NCBI RefSeq assembly: GCF_032062105.1
Contig: NW_026928727.1
Span: forward strand, 124,001 to 188,000
Source: Saccostrea cucullata
Lineage: Eukaryota
Direction: 5' to 3'
Length of the DNA: 64,000 bases
How positions within the stretch are numbered: the stretch's first letter is position 1; the number at the start of each line of letters is the position of its first letter. Shown piece by piece: positions 53,301 through 64,000 of the stretch. The position numbers and the translations under genes were made by a program. The notes under the pieces were generated by a model. That model saw only the letters and a program-made list of their open reading frames with translations, was not told where the DNA came from and searched no databases.

Positions 53301-56300
53301 CATCCTGCAATGTACAAATTAAATCTCAACAAGGACTGAACTGTACATAAAAACCAGATTTTTCAAGCCTTAAAAAAATCTACAAACAAAGCAATCGTTA
53401 CAGGGAATTTTGAAATAAATCTAACCTGCTAATTATGAAAAACTGAAAAATACACAGATTCAATCTATTCTATCCATAATGCTTATATAATTTTTTTTGG
53501 GGGGGAGGGGGGGGAATAACACATACTACTTCTATCATAGTAATAATTCTCTTTCACTGTATATGATTACCTGATTGGTAACTTGATTGCGTATCTTGGA
53601 TAAGTTGGTCATTATCATTTCTCCCTGAAGTACCCCGAGAGAAGAGTAATAGAACTTATTCATACAGAGGTCCAATGAGTTAGAGCAGTCCATTTTCCTG
53701 GCTTTGACTGCCTTGTCCTTGACTGCATTCAGGGCCATATCCAGGGCTCCCTTACTGAACATAGAGCAGCGACTTGTCTTGTCCTTTACACAGGCATGTG
53801 CCATCTCAACAGCCCTATTGAATTCAAGAAATATTTACAGTAAAACACGGATATAGCCATCACGCTTATAAAGAATTTACGCTTATAGCGCAGCACTTGT
53901 CATTCCCCGGCCGAATTTCTATAAATGTCTTACCAAAATTAACGTTTATTGCGATGTTGAATATAGCGAATTAACGGATATAACGAAGTAATTTTTAATC
54001 CCCTTTGGCTAAAACAACACTGAAATTCCAATGTTTATAGCGAATTCCTTGTTTTCACTCTTTAGGGTTTCACACATTTCCGCATGGACGCGCATTAAGG
54101 TAACAGCTAAACACGGGACCGGCTTGTGTTGTAAAAACAGAATATTTAACTCATTATTTTAAAAAATGTCAGAGGAAAACAAATGCAAGATTTGTTTTGT
54201 TTATTTTTAATTGGAAACGCGAGTTGAAAATTGACTCCGATTATTTAAAAATGGCATTCACTTAAGGCTAAGAATGCACTTATCTATAAATAGAATCTGT
54301 TATTCCCCACTAGCTTTAAATATCACCTATAGAGGCCCCAAGCGGGATAGTTTTGTTTCAAGTGAACTCTTTTCACGTAATAAAAAAGTCTGATTTAAAA
54401 TGAAATGTATTCATGTGGTGATTAAGGTTTTCTACCATTATTTTGTCAAGTACGGGTCGATAGACAGCTGATCATGTTGACTCGGAAAGTGATGATGACG
54501 TGCCTCTTGCAGAATTAATGCGAGCATGCGCATTCGATGGAAGTAGTGATGACTACGTGAATGTTGACAAAGATATCGTGTCTGTAGAAAGCATGAATGA
54601 TGACCAGATTATTGATGCCCTTATCAACAAAGAACTGTCGAGTGACGATGAAAATGAAACATCCGTTCAAGAAGATTTACCGACCGATGAAATCAATATT
54701 AAAGAAGCACATATTTACATGCAGAAAGTGCAGAATTGTGTTGAGCGTACGTCGGAAAATGTTCCTGACTCAGTGTTTAAAGCGTTCGCGGAGATTAACC
54801 ACCATTTGAAAAAACTTCAGCTAACTGGATTGAAACCATCAAAAATTGAGAAATTTTGTGCAAAACAAATAAATATTTAATGACTATAAATAATGTTTGA
54901 ATTAATAACGTGTTTTTTTTATTTTCTGCGAATTTTTTTTTGAAGTTTCACAATACATGTACCTCATTAAAATTAGTAGCGATTTTTTGCTTATAGCGAA
55001 TTTTGCTGTTAGTTTATTAAAATTCGTTATAAACAATATAACGAAGTATGCTTTTAGCGAAGTAAATCTAGAGGTCCCCAGCGCTTCGTTATATCCGTGT
55101 TTTACTGTATAAGCATAGTATCTTCAATGTCTCAATTCCAAGAAACAATACTGTAGATTCCTTGTTTTTCACGAGTACTTTTTATCGCGAATGGGCTCTT
55201 TAACGTCAACGCGCGAGAATAATAATTCGCGAACTGCTCTTTTGATCAAGAGCTTTTACATAGATTTCACAACCATTAAAATAAAAGCAAGTAATTTTAT
55301 TTCGCTATTGGTGCGTCTCGCGAAATTACGCGATAATTAATTCCACGCATATATTTAGGAATCTACAGTACTTCCATTACGAATTTGAAATAAAGCTGTT
55401 TAGCACACTATAAACTTTATTGACATATTAATTGAGCAAAGTTTAAAAACTCAAGTTCAATCATAAAACAGACTCCTACATGCACATGTGAGCATTCTCC
55501 ATGTTTCCACCTTCAGACAACAAACGATCCAGACTTTCCACGCAGTACATGGCCTGATCCGCCTCGCAGCTCATTGGCTCCTGGCAGGAGTTTCCGGGAA
55601 TCATGGGACAGACATTGTACACGGCTTTGTGTATCATACCCAGCATTGAATTGGCTATCATCATTTGTCCTGAGGAGCAGTTCCCTATGTTCTCCATGTA
55701 ACACTGCATTGAGGTTGTGTAGGTCCTAAAGAATGCATTTAATGTAATTGGTTATAATGTATACATTAAATATACAATAAAATTTACCATTTTATTATAT
55801 TTAAAAAATATAGGCAGTTATTTATTCAAAGCTTAAACTTAATTGTATCAAAATTTACACAGAAACTTTATAATTTTTTTCCTCAATTTAATCCAGCTAA
55901 ACCATGTTGTAACTGCTGCATCTCACTTACTCATGCATTGAGCTGCAATCCACGAATGGACTTTCCAATTCCCAGTACAGGTATTTCAAACAAGCATAGG
56001 CTGCTGTTGTGTTACAAGTAGCAGTCATATGGCCTTTCTTCATACATTTAGGTAACTCCATTTTGGGTTCTTCCATTTTGTCACAGGACTTGAGGAGGTC
56101 GCTGGCAATGCAATAGGCCTCTTCTGCTCCTTTTACAATCTCCATTTTGATCTCTTTGGAGCAGCCAAATGAGTTAGATCTCAAACAATTCATGGTTGCT
56201 CCAAAATGACTGGAAAATATAAAGTATTGTGCATTAAAAATATGTGTAGCATACTGTCACAAAAATTCACTTTCATCATTTTTCAAATTCTTAATGACTT

Positions 56301-59300
56301 TTCTGCATTTTTTTTTCTTGACAACTTATGAATGAAACGTTCCTATGTTCCATCCAGAACCTTCTCTTTTACCTTTTCAACAAAACAAACAACTAAAAAA
56401 TTTTGTAAGAAGAAAAAAATGACATGTAATACCTGCAGTAGGGATCATCGTCTTTGTTGTTTGTCATGTTTTTCCCTTCCGCCATCTTCTTCATCATTAA
56501 AGTGGTCTCCATGCCACAGGTCATAAGGTCATTTGGAGAACAGGTAGCAAAATGATCCTCACAGACACCTGAGAAGTCTCTGACGGTCTCCAGGAAGGTA
56601 TAGTAACCTCCCAGTTGTTCTACTTCAGCAGGACTACACTGACTCATTGAGGACTTGACAAGCATGAGACAGGACTGGAATGCTCCCTCACTAAAAAGAT
56701 TTGGATTAGATAAAAAATGAATTCCCCATCTAAACAAATCTTCTCTCATGTGAAGAAATTTAAAGATATACAGTTTAATTTTCTAAAAAACTTTCAGCAT
56801 TCAATCAGTGGGAGTTCAAAAGTTTTGACTACTGACCTACAGAATGCCTTCTTGTCTCCTCGGTTTAGATTGGCTGAGAACACAACAGGGAAAGTATAGG
56901 CAGCCAAACACTGAGCTGCCATTGTAGTGTCACATGACGTAGAGGACTGGTCACCTATTGATAACATAGCATCTATAAATTTTTTTTACAGTGAAATAAT
57001 ATTTTTCAACACTCACAATATGAATTCTAAAAACATATTGGTCAATAAGCAATTATGATTGAGTGTAAGTAAACTGATGCAGAAACCCATGATTTCTATC
57101 AAGGAAAACTGTATTGTCTTTAATTTTCTTCTAATCTTACTTGTTTTGGTTTCCATGGGTGTTTCTGCAGTATTAACTTGTTCACAGATCTGCCCTGTCA
57201 GCTCTGCAGTGATGCCGAAGGAATTTCCGTACATGGCGGTCAGGAACTTCCGGGCGTCCTCTGTCTGATTATACATCAGGCATTCATACATCATCTGTAA
57301 GCTTCTACAGATCCTCTCTACAGAACTGGTGCTGGTCTGGAGAGCTGCAGTCATGTTTCCAAGGAACATGTTTCCACACTGGTTAAGACCCTGTGCCTCG
57401 GCTGTTAGGGTTGATGGGATGAGGGAGCTGTCTAATGTGAAGGCGTTACAGGTCCCCACGTTCTGTCTGCCGAACCACAGCTGGGAGTCAAAGACCTGAA
57501 GCTGAATCAGGTTACAGCCTCGCAGATGACGTGCCGCACAGTTCTTTACTGAAAAGGCTTCTTGTTCACTGCAAATATAGCAAAAAGGCTGTGAATGAAG
57601 CTACTGGAAACAAACAATATTTCTTAAAACATATTAAATACAGTCATGTAAGTAACACACTTAAATCAGAAAAAAATCCATACAAGTCATAAAGCATGCC
57701 TTAACACTAATTAAAAGATAAAAATATACTGAGTCTACATACGTGCAAGATGACTTGGTCATCAGGGGAGTGTAACAATTTCCAGCCTCCTGTAGGGAGC
57801 ATGTGGGTGGGGGCTGACAGCTGCGATACAATGTGGCTGACACGTCCTGACTATAACAGTACGGCAGAACCTTGTATGCTGGCATCAAAACTTCTAAGTA
57901 GGAAGACACATCATACACGTCTGAGCCGGAGCACCCAGCAGTCTGGGTAGTGTAGCACTGCAACATCTGGGGGAGTTTACTGAAAAATACAAACAATCAA
58001 AATATTTATTAACACTTTCTTCTTCTACTGCAAAATTTTCCCTCATGTATTAAAGTATCTCTACCAAGATTCATGCTTTGGCAAATAACCACACTTACAA
58101 TGTATTCATGATCTCCATCAGAATATCCTTTGAATTCTTTTTTTATCAGCTTATAATTACCTGCAGGTATCTTTGGTGACTCCTTTGCTGTAGTCTCCGA
58201 GTACAGAGATGCACTCCTTGGCCTTCTTGACGTTACAGATGTAGTTAGTACTGGTGGTGCTGTAACACTGTCTGAGGGCCTGGACAAATGGACAGGTGTC
58301 CCCGATGACACTCTGTACATAATCCTGTATGTAGGACAGTCCCATCTTCTGATCTGCTGAGCAGGATACAGTGTGCTTCTCTATACAGGCTACAGCATAG
58401 TGGTATGCTCTACAATATAAAGTCAAATGTTTATAAGCTATGTATTTTTTTACAAAACTTTATTACATTAGTGTAAACCATTCATTCAAATCACTGGGGA
58501 CACACTGAATTAAAATCAAAACCAAAGGCAAAAAATCCTACCTGCAGAGTTTTTCCTGAGGAGCGGCATTGCTGCTGAGATAAGGGAAGACAGCCATGTA
58601 ACATCCGTAAGCTTCGTCCACTTTACAGAGAGGTGGAGGTGCCACTCTGTTATTGGCAGGCTGATCACAGATTGGCTTCGTCTGATTAACCATAGTACCC
58701 ATTACAGCCATGTACAACAACTGGTGAGCTGGTGAACACTTAGCTATCAGAGGGCGTAATTCTGGTATCACAGAGTTGTTCAACATACTGGAAAATAAGA
58801 TTTATTTCTCTGAACTTGCCTTCTAAATCATTGAATTTACAATTGACTAAGAGCAAAATCTGAATACATGCATCTTCATGATGAGAATTAAACTTTTATT
58901 TCACTCTGATGCCCCTACATCTGTACAAAAACACACATTTTGAATTAAACGTGGCTCATAAATCATGTGCATTTAATGTAACTCATAGCATTTTCCACAG
59001 TATTCCATTCCAGATATTTATATGTACAGTACACATGTAAAAAAAAAATATGAGGCTCTTCAGATTCATTTAATTAAAAGAATTAATAATAAAATACTTT
59101 ATCATTTTCTGAAACTTACTCGCACAAAACTGGATGCTGTGATTTAGGTACAAAAGGTCCAATCAGTTGTGCTGAGAATCCAGAGATGATTGTGGAAATC
59201 TTGTACACATCACAGGTATCATTTACTACAGAATACATGATTAGAGTGAACTTTTTATTCTAGTTATTAAACCCTCATACCTGTCCTTGGTGGACAAGAC

Positions 59301-62300
59301 CAAAGGAGGAAATATGTTGCATTGGTCAAGTAGGAAAGCATAATTTTTTTTCAACTAACATTCAATTGTTTAATACAAATTTTCTGAAACTAGATTAAAT
59401 TCCTCTCTATGGTTTCCCTTCAATAATCAATAATTTTTAATACACGTATTAAAAAGATTACAAGAAAATATCTCCTGACCATTACCTTGAAGCATATGGT
59501 CAACCACAGATCCTATGCTGGCATCAAGCATGCTGGCCACTTCCCTAGCAGTCAAGTTCATTTTGTCCTGAGTGCCATTAGCCATGTGTTTGGACAGCTC
59601 CTCAAGTCGAGTGCCATTAGCCAGGACAGGCAGTGTCATCTTAGACATTCCCTGGGTCAGGTTATACAACATCCAGCCCTTCCACATCACCTGCTCGGGA
59701 TACCCCTTACAGGCCTCTGTTGTGTAACCTGCCATCTCATTCATCATGGACATGACGCTGCTCTGGGCCACCGGTGAGAGATTCTGTCGGCTCAGACAAG
59801 ACGTCAGCTCGGCAAGAGCTTCACAGAAGACAGGGCCGAACCAGTCGGGGTACATCAGGGCTCTCTTGAAGCTGGCTATGTAGTCAAGGTTACAGACTGC
59901 GACACCCATTGTCTCATCTCCAAATAAGGCAAGTCTACAATAATGAACATTAGCATCATAATTGTAAAATTTGAGTTAATTAATTATTGTAATCAATTTA
60001 TCAAAGAAATCTCTTGTATAAAAACTGTCATAAATTCTATTCTACTTTGTGATAGACTTACTGTACAGCATTTTCCATTTCTGTTGTTACATTACGTAGT
60101 ACAGGTGACAAGCTAGCAAACACAACTTCTGCTGTCATGTTCTGGGTCTTCTGTGCGTACTTGGCCATCAACATGGAGTTGAGAATGCCTGACATTGGTT
60201 TGTTGTCTCTCTCATTGTCCATCTTCTGCATTATGTTGTACTCCAGTATCATCTTTGCAACCATTTCCTCTGTCATCTTGTACATGTTCTACAAACGAAA
60301 AGCTTGTTTTTTTTAATCTATCAAGTATTGAAAACCATTTTAAAAATTTTTAGAAATCTGTCACATCTTTCAATGGAATAGTTATACATGTAATCTCAAT
60401 GTCATTTCATTACATTTAAATCATTCAAAGTGTGACATCCATATAATGAAAGAACCTGTATTCAGATTTCTGGCAGAATACTATTTTTTTTGTAAATATT
60501 CATGTACTATGTCTCATTTTATGAAAAATGTTGAAGATGGTTCAAGCTAAGGAATAAAATGTTATGCTTTACCTGGTTATTCTGGAAAACTCTGCTGAGT
60601 GCACCACATCTCATGGTCACACTGGCCATGACATCAAATACCATTTTAAACACAGGTACACCCTGGGCTACTGCACATCCTGAGGTGTGGTTAGCAATGC
60701 AACCCAAAGTGGTCATAAGGTCTGACCTGTTTGCACTTTTGAAAAAAAAAGCAAAAATAATTGACTTTTTTACCTTGACACCAGTGAAATGGATATATAA
60801 TTCAATTGCTAATGCAGTAAAAATAGTGTCTCTTAATTTACTATATTATCGTCAATAGACTTTATAGCATTGATTATTACAAAAAGTGTGGAACTTAAAC
60901 ATCACTTACCTGCACATTTCACTTTCTGAGATAAACCTGCCAAAGCAAGCTGCTTTAGCATAAGGAATATCACAGACAGGCTCAGGCATGGGCAGAGGAC
61001 TACACATCTCATGCATCATGTTAGAGATAGGGCAGTGTCTGATGAAAAATCCCATCTTGTTTGTCATATTTCTCATTACTTGATGTTGAATAGTCTGACT
61101 GCATCCACTGACCTTGGAACTCATACAGCGTGATGCTAAAAATAGCTCCCTGAAAAAAGGAAATTACCTTTATATAACTACAATTTTTTATTTACAAATA
61201 CCAAGTCTCTAGCAAATACTACAAAAGTGTATATAAAATAATTATTTGAAATATTTCATCTGAGTTATTATTTAAAGTCTGACATTTAAGTAATAGTTAA
61301 TGAGAGAATTCTGAAAAGATATAATTCCACACAAAACATACATGCAGACTTGATCATAATCCCTTGGCCGGGCTTTCTTTGTGGCCTCCATCTTCTCCAT
61401 GTCAGACATCATGACCAGACTGTGTAGCAGCTTGTGTTCCTCCACACACTGGGAAAGCTCCTCCACTTCACACTTGGAGTCTTTGTTGTCGCCTAACATC
61501 ATTCGAGACATCATCTCACAGGTCGCGTTATCTCGAGCCATCATTCCAGGACAGTAGTCATGACCCAGAATCTGCATGATGGTTTTGAGTCCGTCGTACA
61601 CAGCTATAGAATCGTACTCGGAGCATTTGTTGTGAGCCTGGGCAGTCCTGATCATGGTCAAAGTGTTATTCAATTCACTGTAAATAGAAAACATCCACAG
61701 GACTTGATTGAGGACATCATTTAATAAATTGATACCTTAATTAATATGATAAAAGAGAAACACATTTAATCTATGTAAAAATATCTTCCTATTAATTGAA
61801 TGAAACAAAAAGCATGATTTTCTAAAAATAAAAAGAAGGGAGCCATTTTAGTACTCTGAGCTTTCAAAGTGCATTTACGTGTACAGAAATATTTTTGCTG
61901 GCTTCATAGGTGCAATCACTCACTAGCAGATAGCTGCCCTGGAAATGGCAGGTTTGTTGATGGCTGTAGCCAGTCCTATAACACTGCGAAGTCCACACTC
62001 GTACTGACTCGGGTCACCAGAACAAGCGCCCTCTAGAGCTGTACGCTTGATCATGAATCCTAGCTGACTGGCAGCCTGGTGGCTGCGATGAGCACAGCGA
62101 GAGGTGTGGTAGTCCATACACCACGAGGCCTTGTATACATCCCTGACAAAACAGATAAAATGTCATTAGAAATGTGTCCTGACTTCAGCTGTCCTTGTAC
62201 TGACATTACAATTACTCCAAGTTATTTCCAAAATATGCATGTTCAGTAATATACAGTCATGAAGAACCCAATAACAGAAAAGCAATTTTTATTCCTTGTA

Positions 62301-64000
62301 GTTTCTAAAATATATTGGAAGCTTAATGAACATAGAGAATTCCTGTATAACATGGTTTACTCTATTTTCTAAAAAAAAAGCACATAGATTTACCTCATGT
62401 TGGGTGTTCTGTTGAGGATAAGGCTTGGCACAAGGTCCATTCCACATTGTATAGCCATGTATGGCTGACACATTGGGTCTTTTTCTTACAAATAAAATGA
62501 TCATAGGTTAAAATAAAGAATTTACATAAAATACTACCCCAAAAAAATCTCTTCTAATTAAAATTGAACAAGTGAAGACAATAATAGAGGAGGTTATACA
62601 TGTAATTATATAACTTCTGTGCTGAATCTACCTTTGTGTGTAGTCATCAGTGGTTTGTTACACCAGCTTTCCATGCAAGTCATAAAGTGCATTCTGTCAT
62701 CTTTATATTCATCGACAGGATAAGAACAACCCTTGTAGATCTTTCCATCAGCAACTGTGGTTGTACAACCTTGACCTGGCTCACAGGTCATGACCCCTTG
62801 TAGGTTACATTGCTCATTATTTGTCATTCCATTGCACTGGAAGCACTTGGTAGCTGCAAAAAGATTCAGCACAATGAATTAAAAAAAATAGCTAAGACAT
62901 AGTTTTATTGTTTTTTTTTTCATTCAGATTTACTTACTTTTGATTTAATTAAAACAATATCAAAAGAAATACTAAGCAGAAACAATTTCAAGAAATCATT
63001 AAGCAATATGATTAGACAGATTCTTACGTTCACAAACTGCTCCTGCAACTGTAAATAGTGCATGCATGGTGACATTCAAAGTGGCTCGAGACTCAGCTGG
63101 GATCAGATGAGTATACATCTCCATACACCTTGCTGCCTCAGCAAGCTCAGAGCAAGAAGACCATTTCTTCATCTTCATAACCTCCATTGATTTTGACAGG
63201 TATTCAATAGGGTAGTCAGGTGAGGTCATCATTTTCGTCATATCGGGCATCATCTCGCGGACTTTGTCTGCTAGCTCATCAACCATCCACTTCTGCATCT
63301 CCTCCTCCATTTCTTCCTCTGCATCTTCATCCTCCTTCATCTTCATACCCATCCTCTCCATGGTCTTCATGATCATGCCCTTAGCCATCTTGGCATAAAA
63401 GAACTGCAGCATCTTGGTACTATCCCCCATCTGTACGATTTCTTTGACAGCGGTTCTTATCAGGTACGAGTGGTTCAGCCGCATGTTGTGTTCCACCAGT
63501 GTTTTATTTATAGCACCAATGGCCATAGACAACACACTATCCTTATCATCCATACTGATCATCATTTCTACCTGTTCAACAAAGTCCATCTCTGGATGAA
63601 CCAGCCCACTTTCCATCATGGTCAGTTTGATCAGTCCAGATACACTTGTCAGTACACCTTCCATTCCATGCATGTAATCATCTTTCTTCATACACTCTGG
63701 AGCTTTCCCAGTCAGTCTTCCCAGCCATCCAGCAAACATGGTCATGGCCTCACTTCTTGATCCATTCAGTTTATCTCCCATCTCTCTCCACATCTTCTCC
63801 TGTTGTGCGTCAGGTATGCTCATGTTCTGATCTCGGAAGAACTTCATGGTTTGAACCGCTGAGCCTACCTTGGCTAAATCTGCAGTGAGGAGAACAGAAG
63901 AGGCAGACTTCCAGAGGAAGGAAGTGACACAGCCCAGGGCGGGCATGGTTTGACAGATGTAGTCGAGGGACTGTATAGCAGGGCTTAATGTGTCATGGAA
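41340..64000 (-). CDS. Giant type-I membrane protein, 5' end outside the window: six-Cys helical repeats with Met-rich inserts, a Ly6/uPAR-like module, a VWD plus EGF-like (VWDE-like) region, a Thr-rich stalk, a TM helix and alternative tails
   Basis: More than 35 short minus-strand exons. VWD motifs (AFCSSSDSYIVSFDG, GEFTLYKH, CTCAAMV, GLCGVYDANKNND). EGF CPNDCSGNGQCEG|GQCKCYRDYIGADCS, followed by APSITSL..GLC. TM LAIILGAFAALFFLTTVVMG in exon about 44167-44408. Terminal exons 42348-42597 and 41340-41562. Confidence 0.85.
41937..42122. mobile_element. Degenerate TA-target MITE
   Basis: ctgtatacaaggaaattttcgcc ... gggcaaaaataaccctgtacgctg imperfect TIRs. Confidence 0.55.
45355..45455. repeat. 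Minisatellite of about 35 bp, 3 copies
   Basis: Variants of agcatcatcagagtatcaaccattccactt in tandem. Confidence 0.7.
45716..46665. mobile_element. Foldback element with TIRs of about 260 bp and an 8-bp TSD (P-element/Galileo-like or hAT-like)
   Basis: cacaggcc...cttgggcc (45716-45979) is inverted at about 46403-46665. Perfect TSD cttattat at 45708-45715 and 46666-46673. Confidence 0.8.
52432..53279 (-). mobile_element. Helentron-type element with satellite units of about 160 bp (Cg170-like by recognition), one end missing
   Basis: Units tttcctatatatttctatgtaaaactttgat.ccc.attgtggccccgccc, a (ggac)n microsatellite, and a terminal hairpin agctcacttgagcctttggctcaggtgagctaaaaa. Confidence 0.8.
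53838..55107 (+). mobile_element. Internally deleted pogo/Tigger-like DNA transposon
   Basis: ta|cagtaaaacacggatata ... tatatccgtgttttactg|ta. ORF 54500-54880 resembles the acidic C-terminal tail of pogo/Tigger transposases (DYVNVD...MNDDQII...KPSKIEKF). No DDE core seen. Confidence 0.75.
55151..55368. mobile_element. TA-target MITE, full length
   Basis: ta|ctgtagattcct ... aggaatctacag|ta. Confidence 0.8.

Noticed and set aside
54500-54880. 126-aa acidic ORF as an independent nested gene
   Set aside because: It lies between pogo-type TIRs, starts at GTG and resembles a transposase C-terminal remnant.
61923-61925. Apparent stop codon ending ORF 61923-62117 (AAIC*), suggesting a pseudogene
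   Set aside because: TA|gtgagt is a splice donor. Joining to the next exon gives TAT (Tyr) and the frame continues.
50013-63888. Plus-strand ORFs overlapping the large minus-strand gene (e.g. 50276-50587, 59487-59777, 63470-63760)
   Set aside because: Antisense shadows of real exons; His/Ile/Ser richness mirrors Met/Asp/Glu codons. No splice-consistent plus-strand gene was found.

Overview
AT-rich, intron-rich animal genomic DNA. An oyster-like bivalve (Crassostrea/Magallana) is inferred from the tandem C1qDC genes and Helentron-type satellite elements. Genes were rebuilt by hand from GT-AG junctions and codon phase, left to right: (1) the 5' part of Rubicon (RUBCN, minus strand); (2) head-to-head with it, a complete PARL mitochondrial rhomboid protease (plus strand, ATGs 268 bp apart); (3) two tandem secreted C1q-domain genes; (4) an apparently intact adhesion GPCR of about 24 coding exons that holds a full U3 snoRNA gene in one intron; (5) the 3' 22.6 kb of a giant type-I membrane protein gene (minus strand). 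The last protein has many six-Cys helical repeats with Met-rich inserts, a Ly6/uPAR-like module, a VWD-EGF (VWDE-like) region, a TM helix and two alternative cytoplasmic-tail exons. Introns carry many DNA transposons: an intact hAT, MuDR-, Kolobok-, P-like, pogo and Crypton-like elements, Helentron-type satellite carriers and a Penelope-like RT fragment. The most striking observations are three. PARL intron 7 is an array of about 21 copies of its own exon end plus splice donor, hit twice at almost the same unit position by split-hairpin (Crypton-like) elements, one of which hosts the intact hAT. The Met-rich Cys-repeat/VWD protein matches no family I recognise. The intronic U3 gene shows both Pol II-type and Pol III-type signals. 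Family names come from motif recognition, not database searches.
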